This document shows, piece after piece, positions 37,368 to 46,579 of a DNA stretch of 64,000 bases. The stretch is from positions 42,972 to 106,971 of the forward strand of contig JAQVEZ010000003.1 in the NCBI GenBank assembly GCA_028697455.1. Reading direction: 5' to 3'. Source of the DNA: Minisyncoccota bacterium (GTDB lineage Bacteria > Patescibacteriota > Minisyncoccia > Phycocordibacterales > UBA1006). The translations under genes and the position numbers were made by a program. Within the stretch, counting starts at the first letter, position 1; each line of letters starts with the position of its first letter. The notes beneath the pieces were generated by a model. It made no database searches, was not told where the DNA came from, and saw only the letters and a list, made by a program, of their open reading frames with translations.

Positions 37368-38609
37368 TTATAAGCTGTTTTCACTTTGCATTGCAGAAAG
37401 GAGTTGTTGATAGAGTCCCAAGAGTTCAGTATAGATACTGATCAGAGGATTATTGTTAGTAAATCCATTTTGAGGTCTACAGAAAGTCGTAACGGTTTCA
37501 GAGCAGAAACGAGTTCCGAAGATGCTTGAAGAGCGAGGAAACAAATTTCCATTATCCTTTTGTAATGTTCCAGTCAAGAAAACAGAGCTTGAGCCATCGT
37601 TATAAAGTGGCCCCCCTATAACAACATACTGATCATCTTCATAAAACATAAATATCGGAATAAAATCTAAAAAAGGAAATTCTTCTCGTTCCCAACTCTC
37701 TAAATTATTTGAACTAAAAAGATAATTTGTACTAGTCGCCTCTTCCACGTCAAAAATAGACCCTCCTGTTACATAGAGATTGTTGGTATATGTTACATTC
37801 TTGTGTAAACCAAGTTCTCCGTCTCCAAAAGGAGAACTATGCTCATTCCATGTGATTCCATCTGACGAGATGAATAGATGAGCAGTTTCATCTTCATCCA
37901 TTACACTGAGTATAAAGAGATTATTTGTAGAGTTAAAAGACGTCACTTCTCCTTCTGGAAAAGAAGATGTCCTATCGTCCCACTCAATTCCGTCACTTGA
38001 AGTAAGAACTAAATCATTAGATATAATAACAAACAACTCATTACCATAAAAAACAAAAGCTGCAGAGGCGGGAGCGGACGAAGGGGTTTGTTCAGTCCAT
38101 GTGATTCCGTCACTTGAAGTGTATATCTTTGGTGCTATTACCGGTGAATTTGTTGTAAGAACAAAGAGATCCTTACCATATGCAATAGAAAGAACCGATT
38201 CCTCATCAAGACCAAGGTCTTCTACTTCGTTCCATTGCTTTCCGTCAGGTGAAATGAAAACGCGAGGTGACACCGCTCCCAAGGGTCCCAAGAGTGAGTG
38301 TATACTACCACCAGCCACAAAGGTGTCATTTCCATAAGCGACAGAATTAATAACCCCAAGACCGTCGAGATCTTGCTCAGTCCATTTAATTCCATCTTCG
38401 GAAGTAAGAATAAGCGGAGTAAAGTCTGTCAAATCTTCACCCTTTACTCCTCCAACAGCAACAAAAAGGTTATCTTCATGAATAACAGAAGATACAAGAT
38501 AATTAGAAGGTGTTGGATGAATCTTCCATTCAATCTCCTGTGCGAATAATGTCCCAGCTCCTCCGAAAAGCAAAGCTGAAGCGAGTAATATATATGTATA
38601 CTTTTTCAT
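37368..38609 (-). CDS. Secreted BNR/Asp-box repeat beta-propeller protein with the conserved two-cysteine C-terminal domain (paralog B), driven by a G9-tract promoter
   Basis: Signal peptide MKKYTYILLASALLFGGAGTLFA. Asp-boxes TSEDGIKWTEQ, ISPDGKQWNEV, TSSDGITWTEQ, TSSDGIEWDDR, ISSDGITWNEH. C-terminus SSSIFGTRFCSETVTTFCRPQNGFTNNNPLISIYTELLGLYQQLLSAMQSENSL. Confidence 0.7.
   Translation of the reverse strand: MKKYTYILLASALLFGGAGTLFAQEIEWKIHPTPSNYLVSSVIHEDNLFVAVGGVKGEDLTDFTPLILTSEDGIKWTEQDLDGLGVINSVAYGNDTFVAGGSIHSLLGPLGAVSPRVFISPDGKQWNEVEDLGLDEESVLSIAYGKDLFVLTTNSPVIAPKIYTSSDGITWTEQTPSSAPASAAFVFYGNELFVIISNDLVLTSSDGIEWDDRTSSFPEGEVTSFNSTNNLFILSVMDEDETAHLFISSDGITWNEHSSPFGDGELGLHKNVTYTNNLYVTGGSIFDVEEATSTNYLFSSNNLESWEREEFPFLDFIPIFMFYEDDQYVVIGGPLYNDGSSSVFLTGTLQKDNGNLFPRSSSIFGTRFCSETVTTFCRPQNGFTNNNPLISIYTELLGLYQQLLSAMQSENSL
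37386..37540. repeat. Copy 2 of the conserved 3'-end cassette
   Basis: See 11122-11275. Confidence 0.7.
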
Positions 38610-38617
38610 ACCCCTCT

Positions 38618-38646
38618 ATTATATCTTCTGCCCCCCCCCGAGTCAA
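38618..38646 (-). promoter_or_regulatory. Sigma70-type promoter TTGACT-17 bp-TATAAT with a G9 homopolymer in the spacer (C9 on the plus strand, 38631-38639); the ATG is 8 nt downstream of the -10 box. Candidate phase-variable promoter, ON length.
   Basis: Read directly. The coding strand is AAAAAACTTGACTCGGGGGGGGGCAGAAGATATAATAGAGGGGTATG. Confidence 0.65.
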
Positions 38647-38697
38647 GTTTTTTACAGCAATATAAAAAACACCTTTATAAAAAAGTGTTTTTATAAA

Positions 38698-40737
38698 CTA
38701 GATATCAATACGAACAAGCTTTGCGTTATTCTGAATAAAGAGTTTTCGAGGTTCTACATCTGCTCCCATCAAAGTATCAAAGATAAGATCAGCTTCAACC
38801 GCATCATCGATGGTCACCTGTTTGAGAATTCGAGTTTCTGGATTCATCGTCGTCTCCCAGAGCTCATCAGCGTTCATCTCTCCCAACCCTTTATATCGTT
38901 GAACGTGGATCTTGCTGCTTACTTTTTGCACCACATTCTCTTCTTCTTCCTCACCCGTATCACTTTCTCCCATATCAGTATCAGCAATCGTTGCTCCTAA
39001 CTCTCTGAGAATATCATCTCGCTCTTCATCAGAAAAGGCATACGAAACTGATTTTCCCTTTTTGATTTTGTAGAGTGGGGGTTGCGCAACATAAATATAT
39101 CCTGCCTCAATAAACTCTCGGAAATGACGGAAGAAAAAAGTCATTAATAAAGTTCGAATATGAGATCCATCAACATCCGCGTCGGTTGCGATAACGATTT
39201 TGTGATATCGAGCCTTCTCAATATCAAAGGTTTCTCCAATAGAAGTCCCAAAGGCAACGATCATTGATTTGATTTCATTATTAGCAAGCATCTTGTCCAA
39301 ACGAACTCGCTCAACGTTGAGAGGTTTTCCTCTCAAAGGAAGTATCGCCTGAGTCCTTCGGTCTCGTCCTTGTTTTGCTGTTCCTCCCGCAGAATCTCCC
39401 TCAACAATAAAGATCTCTGCCTCATCAGCATTTTTGGTTTGGCAGTCGGTGAGTTTTCCTGGAAGGGTCAATCCTTCGAGAGCTCCTTTTCGCAAAATAG
39501 AATCCTTTGCTGCTTTTGCTGCCTTACGAGCCTTGAGTGCAAGAATAGCTTTCTTTAAAATATTTTTTGCATCATCAGGATTCTCTTCAAGAAAATCTCC
39601 AAAAGCATCCCCAAACAACGACTCAACGGCTCCACGTGCTTCAGGAGAACCAAGCTTGTCTTTGGTCTGTCCCTCGAACTGAATCTCCTTCATTTTGACT
39701 GAGACCACCACAGAAATTCCTTCGAGAACATCTTCTCCCTGAAGGGCCCCTTCTTTTTCTGGAAGGATTTTATTTTTCTTGTTGTAGTTATTGAGGAGTC
39801 TCGTTAAGGCTGTCTTAAATCCTGTGATATGCATCCCTCCTCCTGGTGTTGGAATGTTATTGGCAAAAGCAACAACACGAGGGGTAATGTCATTAACATA
39901 TTGCAAGGCAACCTCAACTTGAATTCCTTCTTCACTTTCTTTTTCAACATGAAAAATATTTTTATGAACAGGTTTTTGATGAGTATTAAAATAGCGAATC
40001 ATTGAAACAACTCCTCCTTCAAAATAATAGGTCATTGAAGGAACCTCAAGCTGAAGATCTTCAAGATAAATAGCATCAAGAGTATCAAGAGCACCTTCAT
40101 AGTTTCGAGCATCAAGAATGCTTATTCTCAAATTCTTAACAAGGTAAGCTTGTTGTTGATAGTGCTTGATAATCTTCTCCCAATTAAATTCAATTTCATG
40201 GAAAATCTCGCTATCAGGCTGAAAGAGAACAATAGTTCCATTGTGGTCGGTTTTTCCAATTTTTTTAACAGGAGCAGCGATTTTTCCTTGGTGATATTCT
40301 TGGAAATAACGATTTCCATCCTTGTATACGTCAACACGAGTATGTGTTGAAAGAGCGTTCACCACCGAAGCTCCCACCCCGTGAAGCCCTCCAGAAAATT
40401 TATAGTTATCATTATTAAACTTACCTCCAGCATGCAAGGTTGTCATAATAACCTCAAGTGCTGATTTTCCTGTTTTTGGGTGAGTATCAACAGGAATTCC
40501 TCGTCCATTATCAACAACCCGAACATAATTATCAGGGAGAAGAACGATTTCAATATGGTTACAATAACCCGCCATCGCCTCATCTCTTGAGTTGTCAAAA
40601 ATCTCCTTAATAAGATGGTGGAGTCCATCAGGACCCGTTGATCCAATGTACATTCCAGGTCTTTTCCGAACTGGTTCGAGCCCTTCAAGAACGGAAATAT
40701 CACTTGCGGTATAAGCTTTTTTATTTTTTTCTGCCAT
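38698..40737 (-). CDS. gyrB: DNA gyrase subunit B
   Basis: GHKL ATPase …GLHHLIKEIFDNSRDEAMAGYC…, Toprim …EGDSAGG…, and the C-terminal GyrB tail. Confidence 0.9.
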   Translation of the reverse strand: MAEKNKKAYTASDISVLEGLEPVRKRPGMYIGSTGPDGLHHLIKEIFDNSRDEAMAGYCNHIEIVLLPDNYVRVVDNGRGIPVDTHPKTGKSALEVIMTTLHAGGKFNNDNYKFSGGLHGVGASVVNALSTHTRVDVYKDGNRYFQEYHQGKIAAPVKKIGKTDHNGTIVLFQPDSEIFHEIEFNWEKIIKHYQQQAYLVKNLRISILDARNYEGALDTLDAIYLEDLQLEVPSMTYYFEGGVVSMIRYFNTHQKPVHKNIFHVEKESEEGIQVEVALQYVNDITPRVVAFANNIPTPGGGMHITGFKTALTRLLNNYNKKNKILPEKEGALQGEDVLEGISVVVSVKMKEIQFEGQTKDKLGSPEARGAVESLFGDAFGDFLEENPDDAKNILKKAILALKARKAAKAAKDSILRKGALEGLTLPGKLTDCQTKNADEAEIFIVEGDSAGGTAKQGRDRRTQAILPLRGKPLNVERVRLDKMLANNEIKSMIVAFGTSIGETFDIEKARYHKIVIATDADVDGSHIRTLLMTFFFRHFREFIEAGYIYVAQPPLYKIKKGKSVSYAFSDEERDDILRELGATIADTDMGESDTGEEEEENVVQKVSSKIHVQRYKGLGEMNADELWETTMNPETRILKQVTIDDAVEADLIFDTLMGADVEPRKLFIQNNAKLVRIDI

Positions 40738-40808
40738 AGATAGCCCTATTATACCAAAAAAATCTTTATTTTAAAGGCCGAGAAGAAGTATGCTACACTT
40801 AAAAAGTA

Positions 40809-41474
40809 ATGAACTATACCATAGGAAATGATTGGGATATTGAGCTCGAGAGCTATTTTAAAAGCAATATGTGGCAAAAATTGCGTGATTTTGTCACACG
40901 AGAATACCAAGAAAAAGTCATTTTTCCCGAAGAAAAGAACATCTTCCAAGCACTCAAAAAAAGCTCTTTCAAAGAAACCAAAGTCATTATCCTCGGGCAA
41001 GACCCCTATCCTAACAAGGGACAAGCTCACGGACTTGCCTTCTCAGTCCCCAACGGGATCTCCCTTCCTCCTTCTCTCAAAAATATTTTTAAGGAACTCA
41101 AAAACGATCTCGGAGAACAAAGAGAACGAACTGATGGAGACCTTAGTTCTTGGGCAGAACAAGGAGTGCTCCTCCTCAACAGTGTTCTCACAACCGAAGA
41201 GCACAAACCACAAAGCCATGCAGGGCAGGGTTGGGAGGATTTTACCGATACCGTTATCAAAACCCTTTCAAACAAAAAAGACCACTGTGTCTTTATTCTC
41301 TGGGGAAACTCTGCACGAAACAAGAAAAAACTCATTGATACAACCAAGCACTGCGTCCTCGAAGGGTCACACCCATCGCCCTTGTCTGCTTATCGAGGTT
41401 TTTTCAATCAACACTATTTTTCAAAAACAAACAACCATCTCAAGCAAAACAAAAAAACTCCCATACACTGGTAG
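40809..41474 (+). CDS. ung: Uracil-DNA glycosylase (family 1)
   Basis: VIILGQDPYPNKGQAHGLAFSV…, LLLNSVLTTE, and HPSPLSAYRGFF motifs. Confidence 0.92.
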   Translation: MNYTIGNDWDIELESYFKSNMWQKLRDFVTREYQEKVIFPEEKNIFQALKKSSFKETKVIILGQDPYPNKGQAHGLAFSVPNGISLPPSLKNIFKELKNDLGEQRERTDGDLSSWAEQGVLLLNSVLTTEEHKPQSHAGQGWEDFTDTVIKTLSNKKDHCVFILWGNSARNKKKLIDTTKHCVLEGSHPSPLSAYRGFFNQHYFSKTNNHLKQNKKTPIHW

Positions 41475-41478
41475 TTTT

Positions 41479-42183
41479 TTAAATCACTTCTTCTCCTTTG
41501 TTGCTCTTGAGATAGACGTTCCAATAATTTCTCTTGTAGTTTTGTTTTCCCCAGCGCTGGTAGCCTGTCTTTCGTTCCATACGAATGACCTTAAAATAGT
41601 TTCCATAGAGTTTTTTAAAATCAGGACCAGAAAAAACTCGTTCTCGAATTTTTCTAACAGGATGAATATACGTATCTTTTTCTCCCCCAGGAAATTCTTG
41701 TATCATCTTTTGTGCATTCACATCCCCCTCTTTGGCAAGTGTTCGAACGTACAAATACCCATCCTTTTTTAGAACCCGCTGACATTCAGCAAGGTACACC
41801 GTACGTTCCTTTTCATTCAAAGCATTTGAACTCGTAACGTCAAGAATAATATCGACAGAATTATCAGGAAGGTCATAGGGTTCAGCAATATTATGGAGAA
41901 CAAAAGAAATCTGAGGGTGCGCGTGGATCATACGTGCTTGTTCCAAAGCCTCTTCTGAAAAGTCATAGGCATAGACCTTGGCATCATAGTTATCTGCCAT
42001 ATAAAAACTATTTCTTCCAACTCCTGCTCCAAGGTCAAGAACAGAAAGCTTCTGCGTAAAATCAATATTTTTATTTTTTTTAAGCCATTTAACAAAACGA
42101 AAAAAATCTTTTTGTGGTTTGTGTGAGAGGCTTATAAACCTAGGATTTTTATATTCATCATCCCATTGCTCTTGATTGCTCAT
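41479..42183 (-). CDS. Class I SAM-dependent methyltransferase
   Basis: Motif I VLDLGAGVGRNSFYMA…, and an acidic residue in DFSEEAL. Confidence 0.75.
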   Translation of the reverse strand: MSNQEQWDDEYKNPRFISLSHKPQKDFFRFVKWLKKNKNIDFTQKLSVLDLGAGVGRNSFYMADNYDAKVYAYDFSEEALEQARMIHAHPQISFVLHNIAEPYDLPDNSVDIILDVTSSNALNEKERTVYLAECQRVLKKDGYLYVRTLAKEGDVNAQKMIQEFPGGEKDTYIHPVRKIRERVFSGPDFKKLYGNYFKVIRMERKTGYQRWGKQNYKRNYWNVYLKSNKGEEVI

Positions 42184-42265
42184 AGTTCACATTCTAATGA
42201 GAGAACAAAAAAAGTCTATAAAAAAGCCATCCTCATGGGATGGCTCTTGAGAAGGGCCATCCTTC

Positions 42266-42826
42266 TCATTCCTGTTTTTCTTCTTTGAGTTTTTTTTCTT
42301 TTTTCCCACTATCGGCTTTGTCACCTGAGCGTTCGGGCATTGTTCGATAGAAGGACTGGCGTTCCATTTGCTCTGAACGGTCGATCAAATAGCTCCAGCC
42401 ACGGCTGAGCCCCATGAGTTCTGCTCGGGTTTTGCCAGTTTCGTAGCTGACTGAATCCGGGTAGACGATATAGGAGAATAGTAAGTTATCAACGCCCCCA
42501 TATTTACAAAGAACATTAATTTGAGTTATTTCTCCATCTTTGCGGGGGTTTCCTTTGATACTGTCTCTTCTTAGGGTTTGGAACTGATATTTTGATCCAG
42601 TTCGACTGTGAGTAAAGACATACTCATGATCCGAAGGAACCCCTCGTTCCACCGACACCTGCCCTTGGCTCTCGATATACGCTGCAACGCGCTCGTAGTC
42701 ATCAGGAGTTACCACCAACTCAGGTTCTGCTGGCAAATCACCAGGATCGATCCAGGTAATTTGTTTCTTTTTTTCACAAGAAAAAAAGAACAACAAAGAA
42801 AACAGAAACAAACAAATATTTTTCAT
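42266..42826 (-). CDS. putative lipoprotein
   Basis: Signal peptide with a lipobox-like LLFFFSCEKK. Confidence 0.45.
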   Translation of the reverse strand: MKNICLFLFSLLFFFSCEKKKQITWIDPGDLPAEPELVVTPDDYERVAAYIESQGQVSVERGVPSDHEYVFTHSRTGSKYQFQTLRRDSIKGNPRKDGEITQINVLCKYGGVDNLLFSYIVYPDSVSYETGKTRAELMGLSRGWSYLIDRSEQMERQSFYRTMPERSGDKADSGKKEKKLKEEKQE

Positions 42827-42910
42827 TTTAAATGCAATTTTGAGATTAATTATAAGCCTATTATCAAAAATGTCAAAAAATAAAAACCCTTTCGGGTTTA
42901 TATTTCCTTC

Positions 42911-43219
42911 TTATGAAAGAAGCTCTTTTTTCTTTGTTTCAAACTCTTCTTCAGTGATAACCCCCCTCTCTTTTAGTTCAAAGAATTTTTCAAGCTCTGC
43001 AGCGTTGTTGCTTGGAGCTAGGATTTTCTCCCCGTCAAAAAGAGACCACAAGAAAACAAGAACCCAACCAACAGCCGTCCATCCCACAAGAGCATTTGCA
43101 AGGAAAATTACTTCTTTGTTCTTTCTTTTCTTATGAAAAGCAATCATTGTCGGTATAAAGTACACGAACGCAACCACGATAACAAAAAGTATTACAATCA
43201 AAAACGAAAATAGCATCAT
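42911..43219 (-). CDS. Superinfection-immunity-like (Imm_superinfect) membrane protein with a C-terminal SHOCT domain
   Basis: YFIPTMIAFHKKRKNKEVIFLANALVGWTAVGWVLVFLWSL matches the Imm_superinfect signature, and C-terminal ELEKFFELKERGVITEEEFETKKKELL matches SHOCT. Confidence 0.6.
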   Translation of the reverse strand: MMLFSFLIVILFVIVVAFVYFIPTMIAFHKKRKNKEVIFLANALVGWTAVGWVLVFLWSLFDGEKILAPSNNAAELEKFFELKERGVITEEEFETKKKELLS

Positions 43220-43305
43220 AATTTCTATAAATAAAATATCTTTTAATGAATAATGATTTTATTATACTGCATAAACATTTTCTTTCAAAAGAGTATACTA
43301 AAGCT

Positions 43306-43665
43306 ATGAAAGCACGAACAATATCTATCAAACGAGCCTATGATACTATTTCTTCTCAGGATGGCTCTCGTATTCTCATTGACCGTTTATGGCCACGAGG
43401 AGTAAGCAAAGAAGGGCTCAAACTCACCGATTGGGAGAAAGAACTCTCTCCTTCTACAGAGTTACGAACCTGGTTTAATCACGATCCTCTCAAGTGGACC
43501 GAATTCAAAAAACGTTACAAACAGGAACTCAAGGATAAACACGATATCTTTCTCAAACTCCTCACTGATCATCCCAAACTTACCCTCATTTATGCCGCCA
43601 AAGATACCGAACATAACAACGCTGTTGTCCTCAAAGAAATCCTCGAATCACTCACAAACAAATAA
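43306..43665 (+). CDS. DUF488 (YeaO-like) family protein
   Basis: …[56 protein letters not shown]…[16 protein letters not shown] closely parallels E. coli YeaO. The start was taken at [13 protein letters not shown]. Confidence 0.75.
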   Translation: MKARTISIKRAYDTISSQDGSRILIDRLWPRGVSKEGLKLTDWEKELSPSTELRTWFNHDPLKWTEFKKRYKQELKDKHDIFLKLLTDHPKLTLIYAAKDTEHNNAVVLKEILESLTNK

Positions 43666-43696
43666 CAAAAAACTACCTCAAGCAAGGTAGTTTTTT

Positions 43697-44380
43697 CTAA
43701 AAATTATGTTCGTCGTACCCAGGAAACCAATCTCGTTTTACATGAACACCTCGACTCTCAAGATCATTTCCAACAGCCTCAACCATTCCTTCAGGTCCTG
43801 AAAGGAAGAAAGTTTTACCTTCCCCATCAGGAGCAAGTTCAAAAATTCTCTCGGCACTAATCTGCTCTCCAACAATTTCTTTGAGAACAAATTCAGGATG
43901 ACGCTCTTGAATTGCTTTGAATTCATTATGAAAAGGAATTTCGTTCGTTCGATTAAAATAAATTAGCGTTGCGGGAATTGAAAGCCCCGCAAGGTCTCGC
44001 TCAACAATCATACTGCGAAAAGGAGTAATCCCAATTCCTCCAGCAATAAAGACAGCTTCTTTATCAGATTCTTCCCAGAGAAAATCTCCACCAAGTTCAT
44101 AGCTCTCAATCGTGTCTCCCACCTTAAGATGGTCAAGTGCCTGTTTAAAAGCACTCTCAGAAACACGTGTTGAAATATGAATAAAGCGCTCTCGAGGAGC
44201 TGAAGCTATCGTAAACCAACGTTCTCGTTCCTCAGGAACATCACTGATAGGAAGAGAGTAACCTTGGTATTGTCCAGGCTTCCACTCAAGCCCATCATGC
44301 TCAAAAATAAATGTTTTTACGTTTCCTTCTTCTTGCCGTACCTCATGGAGGCGAAGGATATTTTTTTCTTTAGATTCCAT
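43697..44380 (-). CDS. Ferredoxin-NADP reductase-like FAD/NAD(P)-binding oxidoreductase
   Basis: RWFTIASAP (FAD RxYS-like), FIAGGIGITPFRSMI (NAD binding), and a C-terminal GP…M. Confidence 0.7.
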   Translation of the reverse strand: MESKEKNILRLHEVRQEEGNVKTFIFEHDGLEWKPGQYQGYSLPISDVPEERERWFTIASAPRERFIHISTRVSESAFKQALDHLKVGDTIESYELGGDFLWEESDKEAVFIAGGIGITPFRSMIVERDLAGLSIPATLIYFNRTNEIPFHNEFKAIQERHPEFVLKEIVGEQISAERIFELAPDGEGKTFFLSGPEGMVEAVGNDLESRGVHVKRDWFPGYDEHNF

Positions 44381-44477
44381 ATTCTTACTATACTCCTAAA
44401 AAATTTTTTGTTGAGGAATTAAAAAACCGCAGAAACTTGCTTTCCGCGGTTTATTTTTTTCTTCGATTGTAAAATTA

Positions 44478-44840
44478 TCATTGAAAATTCAGGGAAACGT
44501 GATCCTCCCAGAACTTCCGGTACATCTGGTGTACCTTGATAATTCTTTTTCCCGAACCGATAGCTTCTCTCCATCCATTATCGCTTTCAACGAGGGTACA
44601 GTGGACAAAATTATTATCCAACTGCTCAACAAGGTACACGACCTCGAGAGCCTCATCATCCCCCTGTTTTTTTTCAGGAAAGAAAATCAGGTTTTCCAGC
44701 CCGCGGTCACGAGCAACCGGTGAATTAAACCAATCCTCTCCAGACAAATGAGTCAACCCTGACTCAAAGATGGTATGAACCTTTTGGAGTCGGAATCCAA
44801 AGTTCTCTCTGTACTCTTGTACCGTAATAATTTTTTTCAT
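44478..44840 (-). CDS. hypothetical protein
   Basis: 120-aa ORF with a downstream terminator (44425-44460) and an 8-bp-arm palindrome AATATCAC-N6-GTGATATT in its 5' region. Confidence 0.35.
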   Translation of the reverse strand: MKKIITVQEYRENFGFRLQKVHTIFESGLTHLSGEDWFNSPVARDRGLENLIFFPEKKQGDDEALEVVYLVEQLDNNFVHCTLVESDNGWREAIGSGKRIIKVHQMYRKFWEDHVSLNFQ

Positions 44841-44989
44841 TTCTTAAATTTTTAATTTTTTAATATCACCCCATGTGATATTTTCATTATTAAGTATAGC
44901 AATAAATACCAATAAAGTCAACTATCTCCCTTCTGATAGCTTAAAATAAAAAGCCAGGAAATCCAGCTTTCTCACAGAACCAAAACCCT

Positions 44990-45532
44990 TTAATTTGAAG
45001 CCTCACAAGGTACTCGTGCATAACTCATGATAGAGAATTCTTTGCTCGTATCAGGGACAAGCTCATCCCCACTTTCAATCAGGGGATAACGGAGTTTTTC
45101 AAGCCCAGTAAGACTTGTTCGATAGATTTCAGCTTCTTTTCCCTCTGATCCTTCAATTATATATGAATAAATGGCATTAATATTCTCTCCCTGTACAGTT
45201 CCCGAGATATTTCCTTGGTATCCATTTGTCATATCAGGGCCACTCTGCGTTCCTGATTTTGTTCCTTTAACTTCGTTCCCAGTAATCGTAATATCCAGAA
45301 ACTCATTCACGGTATAAGGCTCTTCAGGACTTACCTCGTGAGCATACGAGAAACACTGTCTCCCATCAAGGAGAGCAAATTTCGCCTGCTCTTCTCCCCC
45401 TTCTTCTTGATTCTCTTGTATCACCTCATTGTTGGACAGATTCTGTTCTTTTATCTCAGAATTTCTCACAACAACAAAAGCAATCATAAAAACAAAAATC
45501 AAAAACACAAACACATAAAAAGCTTTTTTCAT
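44990..45532 (-). CDS. membrane-anchored or secreted hypothetical protein
   Basis: N-terminal hydrophobic helix AFYVFVFLIFVFMIAFVVV. It shares a ~55-bp promoter/terminator module with paralog A (TGCTATACT 8 nt upstream of the ATG). Confidence 0.45.
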   Translation of the reverse strand: MKKAFYVFVFLIFVFMIAFVVVRNSEIKEQNLSNNEVIQENQEEGGEEQAKFALLDGRQCFSYAHEVSPEEPYTVNEFLDITITGNEVKGTKSGTQSGPDMTNGYQGNISGTVQGENINAIYSYIIEGSEGKEAEIYRTSLTGLEKLRYPLIESGDELVPDTSKEFSIMSYARVPCEASN

Positions 45533-45600
45533 ACCCTTTTAGTATAGCAACCTTAGCTTTAAATTAAAAACCAAAAAACACCTCCCAGTGTCTTTCCTAG

Positions 45601-46578
45601 TTATTCACCACAGCTGTTGTCAAGAGCAGCTCTGGTAAAGAGTTCAACATTCCTTTGTATAAAGTTCTTGATCCCTTCTATACTGCAATCATATTCATCG
45701 ATAGAATATGGCACGGAATCTCTATAAGCAATTTTATGAACGGCTTCTGCTACACCGATTACATACGCGAGTTCTACGCGAACTTCTTGTGCTTTATATT
45801 TTTGTAATAACTGCTGTGCAATATATTGTGCATATTGCGCTCCGCTACGATCAACTTTGGTCCAATCTTTTCCCGAAAAGGCACCGCCGCCAACAGGAAC
45901 TCGTGGTCCATACTGATCAAGGACAATCTTTCTCCCTGTTAATCCTGTATCTGCTTCAAAGCCACCAATGTGCCATTCGCCAGCAGGATTGATAAAGAGT
46001 TTGGTATCACCAGAAAACACTTTCTTGCCCTGACACCAATCAATAACATCAGCCTCGAGCTCTTGTGTCGTCGTTCCTTGAAAACTCGCGACAATGTGCG
46101 TAATCTCGTGTTTATCGTTAATAGTAATTTGAGTTTTCCCATCAGCGGGATGTCTTTCGTATAGATAGTTACATAAGGACTTTGCAAGATATAATTCTTG
46201 AGGAATCATTTCTTCGTTGTGGTTACAGGCATAGCCAATGACAACCCCTTGGTCTCCTGCACCTCCCTGATCAACTCCAAAAGCTATTTCAGGAGACTGT
46301 TGAGCAATGTGAACAGTTACCTTAAAAGTATTAACACCCGTAACATCAGCGACAATCTGTTCATATTCTGATTGAGTAATGTTCCCCGTGCTTGTAACTT
46401 CACCAACAATAAAAACTCTTCCGTGACCGCCGAGCGTTTCAACAGCAACGCGACTGTGTGGGTCTTGGGAGAGAAAGAGCTCTAATATTGCATCTGATAT
46501 GCGGTCGCACATTTTATCAGGATGTTTTGGTGATACGTATTCTGCCGTGAAAGAAGCTTTGATTATATTGTTATTCAT
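45601..46578 (-). CDS. metK: S-adenosylmethionine synthetase (short, 325 aa)
   Basis: …HPDKMCDRISDAILE…, GAGDQGVVIGYA, GGGAFSGKDWTKVDRSGAQYAQYIA, and ELAYVIGVAE all match MetK signature blocks. Confidence 0.88.
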   Translation of the reverse strand: MNNNIIKASFTAEYVSPKHPDKMCDRISDAILELFLSQDPHSRVAVETLGGHGRVFIVGEVTSTGNITQSEYEQIVADVTGVNTFKVTVHIAQQSPEIAFGVDQGGAGDQGVVIGYACNHNEEMIPQELYLAKSLCNYLYERHPADGKTQITINDKHEITHIVASFQGTTTQELEADVIDWCQGKKVFSGDTKLFINPAGEWHIGGFEADTGLTGRKIVLDQYGPRVPVGGGAFSGKDWTKVDRSGAQYAQYIAQQLLQKYKAQEVRVELAYVIGVAEAVHKIAYRDSVPYSIDEYDCSIEGIKNFIQRNVELFTRAALDNSCGE

Positions 46579-46579
46579 A

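Noticed and set aside
38628-38652. The poly-C run (plus strand) as an assembly or sequencing artefact
   Set aside because: This is possible for a single homopolymer. However, two independent copies at 38631-38639 and 57870-57879 sit in the same duplicated promoter context with lengths differing by one. This argues for a real, variable tract, and read-level confirmation is still required.
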